Source: an uncultured Clostridia bacterium
GTDB taxonomy: Bacteria > Bacillota > Clostridia > Saccharofermentanales > Saccharofermentanaceae
Assembly: GCA_946187935.1 (NCBI GenBank)
Contig: CAMHSJ010000006.1
Location: forward strand, 25,450 to 89,449
DNA: 64,000 bases
Direction of reading: 5' to 3'
Below, one piece after another: positions 10,691 to 18,684 of this stretch. Both the position numbers and the translations under genes were made by a program. Numbering within the stretch: the first letter of the stretch is position 1; the number at the start of each line of letters is the position of its first letter. The notes under the pieces were generated by a model. The model made no database searches, was not told the origin of the DNA, and was given only the letters and a program-made list of their open reading frames with translations.

Positions 10691-11485
10691 TTATGATTCA
10701 GCAGGGATGTACTTTGAGATGATGGCCTGAAGTGTGCCGTCAGCCTCGAGCTCAGCAAGAGCGCCGTTTACTGCTTCAAGAAGCTCTTCGTTGTTCTTGT
10801 TGATAGCCATTGCGTACTCTTCTTCAGCATAAGCTGTGTCGAGGATAGCAAGACCTTCGTTAGCTGCAACGAATGCCTTGGCAGGCTCGTTGTCGATAAC
10901 GACTGCATCAACCTTGCCGGAGATAAGAGCAACAACTGCGTCGTTGCCTCTTGCATAACGGTCAACTCTGTCTTCGCCTACGCCGCCGTTCTCAGGTGTG
11001 TCGGACATGTAGATGTCGCCTGTTGTACCGGACTGAACACCAACGATGTAATCACCCTCTAAGAGAGTGTCAACGTCTGTGATCTCAGAACCCTCAAGAA
11101 CGATTACTGACTGGATGCCTGTAGCATAAGTTGTCGTGAAGTTAACAGACTGAAGTCTTGACTCCGTAACTGTCATGCCTGCGCAGCCGATGTCGTACTT
11201 GCCTGACTGAACGCCGGCGAGGATGGAATCGAATGAAACGTCCTCGATAACGAGCTCAAGTCCGAGCTTGTCAGCAACTGCCTGTGCGATCTCAACGTCG
11301 ATGCCCTCGATGTTCTCGCCCTCATAGTACTCATAAGGCGGGAAGAATGCGTTTGTAGCCATGATGAGCTTGCCTTCTTCGACAGTCATGCCGCCCTCTG
11401 TTGTCTTGGAAGAGCATGCAGCCATTCCGAATGCCATAGTAGCTGTAAGAACTGTGGCAATGATCTTCTTTGTGAAAGATTTCAT
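10691..11485 (-). CDS. Polar amino-acid ABC transporter substrate-binding lipoprotein
   Basis: Lipobox MAAC, ATNAFFPPYEY, GIDVEIA, GVQSGTTG; start ATG 11485 after AAGGAG. Confidence 0.93.
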   Translation of the reverse strand: MKSFTKKIIATVLTATMAFGMAACSSKTTEGGMTVEEGKLIMATNAFFPPYEYYEGENIEGIDVEIAQAVADKLGLELVIEDVSFDSILAGVQSGKYDIGCAGMTVTESRLQSVNFTTTYATGIQSVIVLEGSEITDVDTLLEGDYIVGVQSGTTGDIYMSDTPENGGVGEDRVDRYARGNDAVVALISGKVDAVVIDNEPAKAFVAANEGLAILDTAYAEEEYAMAINKNNEELLEAVNGALAELEADGTLQAIISKYIPAES

Positions 11486-11681
11486 AACATTAGTCTCCTT
11501 GTCTAAAAATTGACACAATCATAATACCTTGTCGAAAACAATGTGTGAATTGTCATACAATCAGAAAAAAATTATAAATTCTCACACTGCTTTATGCATT
11601 TACCAAAAAAGGAAGTTTTAGATTGCCGTTTTGCTTCCGTATTAGTAAAATAAATAAAGAAATTTGAAAGGCGATGACCCC

Positions 11682-12935
11682 ATGAAACGTATCCTTATCT
11701 TAGGATGTAACGATATAGCAAAACGACTTCTTCTTGCGCTCATAGACGATCCTATCTACCATTCAGGCATATGCATAGCATCCCGCAACAAAGAGGACTG
11801 CGATGAACTTAAGGACCTGGCAATGAGCAAAGGTGAGAGGATCACAACAGCCGGCATAGACGTAAACAATGTAAGCGGCGCCATGATGATGATCCGCATA
11901 ACGGCTCCTGAACTGGTCGTTAACCTCCTCCCGCCCGAGATGAGCCCCAATGCATTGGAGCTTGCTCTTCAGGCAGGTGCATCATATCTTGACGGAGCAC
12001 TGTTCAATGTACCCGCTGAACCTACGGAGGCTTCACTCCTGTCAGAGCAGTTCAAGTCCTTCGGAGACTTCAGGAGCAAGGGCAAGACAGCCATAGTCGG
12101 CTGCGGACTTAATCCCGCAGGCATCACAGCGATAATTGGACGCATTGCCAAGAGGGATTTCGACGCTATCAGCGGTGTTGATATAGTCGAGATAAAGAGC
12201 GGAGCAGCACCCAAAGCTGCAAAGAAGAAGGGTGATGAGGGCATACTCTATTCAGAGGACATCAAGATGCCTTCTTCAAATACTGATGGCAAGACGCACC
12301 CCGTATTTACAGTCAGGGACGGAGCATTAAAGACTGAAGAGGCATTCACCATATCTGCCAAGAGCAAAGAAGGCAATACGGTATATGTTTCAGACAACGA
12401 GATCATCACAGACATCTTAAAGGAGCTTCCTTCGGTCAAGAATGCAAGATACTTTACTACAGGCGTAAAACCTGAAGAGCGCATCCCACCCCAGGATCTC
12501 ATAGACACATTAAAAGACTTGGGACTCCTGTCCGAGGAGAAGATCAAGGTCGGTGATGTAATGGTTGCCCCCATAGATGTAGTCGCCAAGGTCCTTCCCA
12601 AGATGAGCGGGGCAGCAGAAGAAGGTGATGAAACGCCTCTTACAGGCTTATACAGCCTTGAGCTCTACATCACAGGAACAAAGGGCGGCAAGGAGATCAC
12701 AAAACTCTACCGCATAACAGGCGATAATGATAAGAGCAAGGCAGAAAACGGCTGTGACGCACTTAGATACCTGAACGGCACGGTACTTATTGAGTCTTGC
12801 AAATTAATGTGCAATGATAAATGGAACAGGCCCGGAGTGTACACACCTGCAGAATTCGAAGCCGAGCTCCTGTACAATGCGATGAGCAAGGCAGGTATCA
12901 AGATAGAAGAATCAGACAGCAACCCCATTATCTGA
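11682..12935 (+). CDS. Saccharopine-dehydrogenase-like / carboxyspermidine dehydrogenase homologue, degenerate active site
   Basis: Colinear with family motifs (ICIASR, ITTA..D, GCG.NP, AKVLP, KW.RPGVY..EF) but GxGxxG reads GCNDIA. Confidence 0.75.
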   Translation: MKRILILGCNDIAKRLLLALIDDPIYHSGICIASRNKEDCDELKDLAMSKGERITTAGIDVNNVSGAMMMIRITAPELVVNLLPPEMSPNALELALQAGASYLDGALFNVPAEPTEASLLSEQFKSFGDFRSKGKTAIVGCGLNPAGITAIIGRIAKRDFDAISGVDIVEIKSGAAPKAAKKKGDEGILYSEDIKMPSSNTDGKTHPVFTVRDGALKTEEAFTISAKSKEGNTVYVSDNEIITDILKELPSVKNARYFTTGVKPEERIPPQDLIDTLKDLGLLSEEKIKVGDVMVAPIDVVAKVLPKMSGAAEEGDETPLTGLYSLELYITGTKGGKEITKLYRITGDNDKSKAENGCDALRYLNGTVLIESCKLMCNDKWNRPGVYTPAEFEAELLYNAMSKAGIKIEESDSNPII

Positions 12936-12954
12936 CGGAACGGAGGATGGACAT

Positions 12955-13893
12955 ATGGCAGATTATACCGACCCCGCATTTAAAGCACAGGTAGACAAGA
13001 TCGCGATCGATACGATCCGCAACAAGATGACCGACACGGTATATTTCAAGGACCGTGATTCCAAGTTCATCTGGAATAATGTAGGACATGCCATACAGCT
13101 CGGGGTAGCAAGCCCTGACGATCTTCTGGGCAAGAGCGACTTCGATTTCTTCCCCAAGGATTTCGCGCAGTCAGCAAGAGACACGGAGATCACCGTTATG
13201 GCCTCCGGTGAGCCTATCTGCAACATCATCGAGGAACTCGTATTAGACGATAACAACGTCAGATACTTCATGGCTTCCAAGTACCCTCTCTACGATGACA
13301 AGGGCGAGATCATCGGTACATGGGGCGTCAGCAAGGACGTAACGGATCAGAAGGTCCTGGAGCGCGAACTCCAGCGTTCTTACAGCAAGATGGAACTTCT
13401 TGCGCGTGTTGACGATCTGAGCGGACTTTACAACAGACGCTATTTCTATGAGAAGCTCGAGCAGATGACAAGCCTTTATAACAGCAGGGAAGACGGAAGC
13501 ACCTTCTCCATCATTGTTATCGACGTAGACGACCTCAAGATGATCAACGACCAGTTCGGTCAGATGAGCGGCGATATCGTCTTAAGGAGCATCGCAGATA
13601 CGCTCCTCAGCAACACCAAGAAGGCAGATACATGCTTCAGGATCGGCGGTGATGAATTCGCTGTCGCACTTATGGATTCAGATAAGATGAAGGCTCTGGG
13701 TATCGCAAAGCAGATAATCAATGCTATTGCATCCAAACCGGTAGAGATCGAAGGAAAGAAAGAGAAGATCACAGTCTCAGCAGGTCTCGTTACTTACGAT
13801 AAGGAGAATCCGAGCCTGTCAGAACTCTTGTCCGTCGCTGAGCGGAAAGTTAATAAATCCAAGAGAGAAGGAAAGAATCAGGTTTCTTTCTAA
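12955..13893 (+). CDS. PAS-domain diguanylate cyclase
   Basis: PAS (YFKDRDSKF..NN, GKSDFDFFP, KYPLYD..GEIIGT.G); D.LSGLYNRR, DVDDLK.IND.FG..GD, RIGGDEF. Confidence 0.93.
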   Translation: MADYTDPAFKAQVDKIAIDTIRNKMTDTVYFKDRDSKFIWNNVGHAIQLGVASPDDLLGKSDFDFFPKDFAQSARDTEITVMASGEPICNIIEELVLDDNNVRYFMASKYPLYDDKGEIIGTWGVSKDVTDQKVLERELQRSYSKMELLARVDDLSGLYNRRYFYEKLEQMTSLYNSREDGSTFSIIVIDVDDLKMINDQFGQMSGDIVLRSIADTLLSNTKKADTCFRIGGDEFAVALMDSDKMKALGIAKQIINAIASKPVEIEGKKEKITVSAGLVTYDKENPSLSELLSVAERKVNKSKREGKNQVSF

Positions 13894-14023
13894 TGGCCTT
13901 CCCGGGAACGGGAGGCTTCAGACGCAATGTGTAAGGTGAATAATTATGCGGAGGAACGTCTGAAGCTCCGATTCCGGCAGAAAGGAGTTAGAAACAATGG
14001 CGCAGCAGTCTGCTTGGTCGGGT

Positions 14024-14257
14024 TTATGCTGCGCGTCTTACTGTGGGCGTATTAGGGTGGACAGTAGTCTTAGCCCTGGAGCTGTTATGCATGGAAGCTC
14101 TGATGCAGGCGTTGACGTTAACATCCCTCTTGGCGCCGTGCCTGGGCTGACGCATAGCCTCTTCATCAAAATCCTTCCAGAATTCAACGCACTCGAGTGT
14201 GCACTTAACAGCGACAAGTATTATGCAAAAGAAAAACATCATATCAAAGGGCGACAT
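14024..14257 (-). CDS. Small 77-aa protein with N-terminal hydrophobic helix, unknown function
   Basis: AGGAGG 5-6 nt before ATG 14257; MSPFDMMFFFCIILVAVKCTL...VRRAA; extended -10 TGATATACT upstream. Confidence 0.6.
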   Translation of the reverse strand: MSPFDMMFFFCIILVAVKCTLECVEFWKDFDEEAMRQPRHGAKRDVNVNACIRASMHNSSRAKTTVHPNTPTVRRAA

Positions 14258-14407
14258 ACTTACCTCCTGTGAACGAAAATCGTTCATTTGTTCTTTATGC
14301 TGGTAGTATATCACAGATAGAGGGTGAATAATAGGACTAAATTGCAGAAAAGAACAAAACAAGAACGCAAAAACAGAACGAAGTGTTCTTTTCTGTAAAA
14401 ATGAGTT

Positions 14408-15796
14408 TTAACCGAACCTCTTCATCAGCAAGACATTGCTGATAACAAGGATCAGGGCAACGCCGGATGCAAGGATATTAAGTGCCTTTTCGCTGATAAG
14501 TTCCTTCTTGCGGAGCTTGCCCAGCAATACGACGATCACATAGATCATGGCAAAGTTGGTAAAAATGGATGTCCTTGCGCCTGATGCATAAACCGTAGGC
14601 GAGAAGCCCATGACGGCAGTTGTTGACAGACCGCCGAGAAGAACGATGCTCAAGGTAAAAGCGTCCTTGATACCGAATACATCAAACAGGGTAAACAGAA
14701 TAGCTCCGAAAGAGATCACCATGAAGGCAATGGGGATATAGATCCTGATATCGTGAAGATTAGGATCGGATATCTGCCCGAGATCGTAGATCGAGAAAAC
14801 ATGGTGAAGGACGAACAGTATGACAGAAGGCAGAGAGGCAACAAGATATGTCACTTTCTTCCTGGCATAAACAAAAGCAGCAAGGGCTGTAAGCAGCGCC
14901 AGTACGATATATACTGCGTTCATCTTGTAGATATACACATTGCATGTGTAATGAAGACCCTTGTATATCTTGTCGGGCAAGGTCAGATCTCCGAATACCG
15001 GATCCCAGTAATTTGTCTCGGCAGCGGATCTTGCCGAATTGCCGGGAGACAGCAGGATGAACGCCAGATTCAAAGCGTTAATGACAAGAGCTGATATGAG
15101 AAGTCCATGCACTTTTATCTTGCTTACAATGCAGTAGATGATACTGTAAGAGATGATCATGAACAGGAAAGCTGCCAGCAGTTCGTGATCGCACGCAAGG
15201 AGCAGGGCGATATAGAACAAGGGGTACTCGAACCATTTGATCTTACATTCAGAACTGCAGCACCTTCTTATCAGAAGACAGCAGCATACTCCGAAGAATG
15301 CCGGCCAGAAGTAAGTGATGGTGGTGCAGATCCAGCCTGCAGACCTAAGGTCCAGGATAGGGTAGATAAGAAATGCTGCGCAGCTGAACATGTAAGCCGT
15401 AAAGTCACCTTTGACAAGCCTTGTGATAACAAACGGGAATGCGATGTATATGACAGTGTTGATCATCTTCCAGACAAAGGGATGCCATATCAGGTAGAAT
15501 CCCATGCCTTCCTGAAGCACTCTTGCTGACCAGTTAAGATACCTGTACTTTACCCATTCGAACATGGTATAGCCTTCAGTGATCGCCTTGGATGCCGCAT
15601 CGTCAGACAGATCCATCTTCGCAAAGGCATTAACAAGTATGGCACCTGCTATGAAAGCAAGCACGAACGCTATCTGCCATATTTCTATCTTTTTGCCTTT
15701 GATACTGAACACTAAACAACCAGTCCTGAACACTAATGTCTGTAAAAACAGTAAGGTAATTATAACATGCGGCAAATCAAGAAAGTATAGATACAT
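14408..15796 (-). CDS. Polytopic membrane protein, DUF6056/GT-C-like putative glycosyltransferase
   Basis: About 10+ TM segments; DD...RYLNWSAR, AGWICTTITYFW, SPGNSAR pattern; true start possibly GTG 15712. Confidence 0.6.
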   Translation of the reverse strand: MYLYFLDLPHVIITLLFLQTLVFRTGCLVFSIKGKKIEIWQIAFVLAFIAGAILVNAFAKMDLSDDAASKAITEGYTMFEWVKYRYLNWSARVLQEGMGFYLIWHPFVWKMINTVIYIAFPFVITRLVKGDFTAYMFSCAAFLIYPILDLRSAGWICTTITYFWPAFFGVCCCLLIRRCCSSECKIKWFEYPLFYIALLLACDHELLAAFLFMIISYSIIYCIVSKIKVHGLLISALVINALNLAFILLSPGNSARSAAETNYWDPVFGDLTLPDKIYKGLHYTCNVYIYKMNAVYIVLALLTALAAFVYARKKVTYLVASLPSVILFVLHHVFSIYDLGQISDPNLHDIRIYIPIAFMVISFGAILFTLFDVFGIKDAFTLSIVLLGGLSTTAVMGFSPTVYASGARTSIFTNFAMIYVIVVLLGKLRKKELISEKALNILASGVALILVISNVLLMKRFG

Positions 15797-15902
15797 AGCC
15801 CTCTCTCATTGTCGGGAAAACTGCTGTGTCCTATCGGAACACCATACACAAAGAGGCACTTAATACCATTGAAACATGTAAGAATCATTAGGGGGACAGA
15901 TC

Positions 15903-16763
15903 ATGAAACACATAAGAACAATCTCAATGTTAGTCTTAAGCTCTATGCTCATAACGTCATTAGCAGGCTGTAGTTCAAATAAGCAGAGCATGGAAGAAAT
16001 AATAGCTACGGCAGAAAGCGCAATAGCCACGCCGACACCTGTACCCGGCAATCCGGAGCAGGCCATTATTACCAGTGGAGATTTAGTTTTTAAGAAGATC
16101 ACTGATGATTACTATCAAGTTAACGATGAAGTCAAAGCCTTTGTTTGGCTTAAATATAACTATCAGCCCAATGATGTAAACATAGCAGTAGAAGAGTGGT
16201 CTTCATCTGATGAGACCGTGGCCACTGTCAGTGATGACGGAAAGCTTACTCCGGTAGGTTTAGGTGAGTGTGAGATTACTCTTCATATATCTGATGGTCT
16301 AACTAATGGTACGACTACAAGTATAAGTGTTACTGTAGAAGACGGAATAATCGAACTGGAAGATCAGGATCTTCCGAGTTTCAGCGAACTCAAGCGCATT
16401 TGCAAGGATTCTTATGGAGATATCTTTAGTGAATATGATGACAGTATTGACAATGCATTGAGTTGGGATGAAGATACCCCGTTCATAAATCTTGGTAACA
16501 ATACAACTGATTTTTACAAGGATTACTCCACGGTTGAAAAACTGATCTTTAATAGTGGGAAATTCGTGATCTGCCATTGCGGAGATAGTGTAGTTTTTAT
16601 TACTGGCTCTTCATATGCTGTTCTTTGTGATGAATACCTGTTTTACTATTTTGGATGCGACACTCCCGGTATACCAATAGACTACGATGACTTAATAGAC
16701 ATCCACGATAAAACCGGCCTCCCCATACCTGATGAAGAGGCCGTCAGCGAATTGTTTGATTAA
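15903..16763 (+). CDS. Acidic lipoprotein with Ig-like (Big_2-type) domain
   Basis: Lipobox LAGC; WSSSDETVATVSDDGKLTPVGLGECEIT Big_2 signature. Confidence 0.75.
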   Translation: MKHIRTISMLVLSSMLITSLAGCSSNKQSMEEIIATAESAIATPTPVPGNPEQAIITSGDLVFKKITDDYYQVNDEVKAFVWLKYNYQPNDVNIAVEEWSSSDETVATVSDDGKLTPVGLGECEITLHISDGLTNGTTTSISVTVEDGIIELEDQDLPSFSELKRICKDSYGDIFSEYDDSIDNALSWDEDTPFINLGNNTTDFYKDYSTVEKLIFNSGKFVICHCGDSVVFITGSSYAVLCDEYLFYYFGCDTPGIPIDYDDLIDIHDKTGLPIPDEEAVSELFD

Positions 16764-16770
16764 CTGAAGT

Positions 16771-18597
16771 TTAAAGCGCAGATGAGCTGCCGATCCTCGA
16801 AGCGCCGGCGTCTATCATGGCCTGTGCAGCTTCGGGGGTCCTGATGCCGCCTGCGGCCTTGACCTTGACGCCCCGGGCAACGTTTTGGGCCATGAGCTTA
16901 ACGTCTTCTATGGCCGCGCCGTTCGTGCCGAAGCCCGTGCTGGTCTTGATAAAGTCCGCGCCTGCGCTGCTTACTGCTTTGCAGAGTTTTATCTTCTCTT
17001 CCTCCGTGAGGAAGCATGTCTCGATTATAACCTTGAGTATCGCGCCCTTGGCGTGGACCGCTTCCGCGATCAGGCGGATCTCATTTTCGACCTTATCAAG
17101 ATTGCCGTTCTTGACCTCGTTGATGTTTATTACCATGTCGATCTCAGAGGCTCCGTTGTCTGCCGCATCGATCGCTTCGAACACTTTGACTGCCGTTGTC
17201 TGATAGCCGTTGGGGAAGCCTATTACTGTGCAGATCTTAAGCCTTCCTTCTGCTATCCTAACGCCGTCCCTTACATAGCAGGGAGGTATGCATACGCTCG
17301 CGCAGCCTGAGGATATTGCCTTGTCGATAAGATCTTCGATGTCTTTTATGGTCGCCGTCTGCTTTAAGTTGGTCAGATCCACATAAGATGCGATATTGCC
17401 TTCTTTGGGCGTGTTGTCAATGTCAGGAAATACTCTGGGAAGAGGCCTTCTCATAAGGGCGTTAAAGACTATGCCAGAGATATTGCCAAAGCCTATGAGC
17501 TCGCCCATGTTGTGAGGGACCTCATATCCTTCGCCATAGATAAGGAGCGGGATGGTCTCTCTTGAATGGTCCGTCGAAACTGTGGACGGATCGCAGCCGT
17601 GGTCTGCTGTTATTATGAGAAGATCGTCTCTTCTCATGTTATCAAGGAACGTGCCAAGTGCATCGTCAAATTCATGCATGGCAGCTGCGTATCCCGCGAT
17701 GTCGTTTCTGTGTCCGTACTTCATGTCGAAGTCTACAAGGTTTACGAAGCAAAGGCCGTTAAAGTCCCTGTTTTGTATCTCAAGGAGCTTACTGATCCCG
17801 TCGGTGTTGCCCGATGTAGGGTTGGATTCCGATATCCCGTGCCCTGCGAAAAGGTCGTTGATCTTTCCTACGGATATCGTCTCAAAACCGTAGTTTCTTA
17901 AGATGTCCATCATGTTGGAAGACGGCGGTGCGGCTGAAAAATCGTGCCTGTTTGAAGTTCTCGTATAATTGCCGGCTGTGCCTGTAAAAGGCCTTGCTAT
18001 TATCCTTCCGACATTGTCTTTGCCTGTCATGAACTGCCTCATCTTTGAGCAGATCTTATAGAGTTCTTCCAAGGGAACCACATCTTCATGCGCTGCTATC
18101 TGCAGCACGCTGTCTGCTGAAGTGTAGACGATAAGATCTCCCGTCTTCACGTGCTCTTCGCCGTAGTCTTTTATGACTTCCGTACCGCTGTAGGGCTTGT
18201 TGCAGAGAACGCCTCTTCCCGAGACTTTCCTTATCTCATCTAAGACATATTCGGGGAATCCGTCAGGATATGTGGGCTGCGGAATGGCGGAAAGGATACC
18301 TGCGATCTCCCAGTGGCCTATGGTCGAATCCTTGCCCTGAGACACTTCGCGGACGATGCCGTAAGAACCGATGGGATCAGGCTTTTCGCTTACATTTGCA
18401 AGGTAGTTTCTTTCCCTCTCATCGAAAAGGCCGTCGATGTCAAAAAGCCCCATCCTTGACAGGTTGGGGAAGGGCTTATCTGAGTCTGACAAGACAGCAG
18501 CCAGAGTGTTGCTGCCTTCATCACCGAAGGATGCTGCATCAGGCGCAAGTCCGGTGCCGAAACTGTCTAATACAACAAGAAATACACGCTTTGCCAT
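16771..18597 (-). CDS. deoB: Fusion: phosphopentomutase (DeoB) + deoxyribose-phosphate aldolase (DeoC)
   Basis: VLDSFG, GKDSTIGHWE, IIARPF, DMKYGHR, TADHG in aa 1-385; CTVIGFPNG, EIDMV, KVIIET, FIKTSTGF, KAAGGIR, RIGSS in aa ~400-608. Confidence 0.93.
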   Translation of the reverse strand: MAKRVFLVVLDSFGTGLAPDAASFGDEGSNTLAAVLSDSDKPFPNLSRMGLFDIDGLFDERERNYLANVSEKPDPIGSYGIVREVSQGKDSTIGHWEIAGILSAIPQPTYPDGFPEYVLDEIRKVSGRGVLCNKPYSGTEVIKDYGEEHVKTGDLIVYTSADSVLQIAAHEDVVPLEELYKICSKMRQFMTGKDNVGRIIARPFTGTAGNYTRTSNRHDFSAAPPSSNMMDILRNYGFETISVGKINDLFAGHGISESNPTSGNTDGISKLLEIQNRDFNGLCFVNLVDFDMKYGHRNDIAGYAAAMHEFDDALGTFLDNMRRDDLLIITADHGCDPSTVSTDHSRETIPLLIYGEGYEVPHNMGELIGFGNISGIVFNALMRRPLPRVFPDIDNTPKEGNIASYVDLTNLKQTATIKDIEDLIDKAISSGCASVCIPPCYVRDGVRIAEGRLKICTVIGFPNGYQTTAVKVFEAIDAADNGASEIDMVININEVKNGNLDKVENEIRLIAEAVHAKGAILKVIIETCFLTEEEKIKLCKAVSSAGADFIKTSTGFGTNGAAIEDVKLMAQNVARGVKVKAAGGIRTPEAAQAMIDAGASRIGSSSAL

Positions 18598-18684
18598 GAG
18601 GATATCTCCCTTAGCTTTTTTACTTATTATAACAATCGTGGTATAGTCTTGCGGTAAACATAGATTTAATTTAAAGGAATAAGT

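Noticed and set aside
11546-11601. Possible ArgR boxes (TGAATtgtcATACA; TTTATGCATTT, also near 10658) at the amino-acid ABC genes
   Set aside because: Single imperfect or half sites without the tandem arrangement; not enough to assign arginine specificity
13935-14332. 10-bp direct repeat GGTGAATAAT flanking the small-ORF module as a target-site duplication
   Set aside because: Plausible by chance in AT-rich intergenic DNA; no mobile-element gene or terminal repeats associated
14355-14367. 13-mer CAAAACAAGAACG identical to the end of repeat copy A (reverse)
   Set aside because: Low complexity and the other two conserved blocks are absent, so not called a third copy
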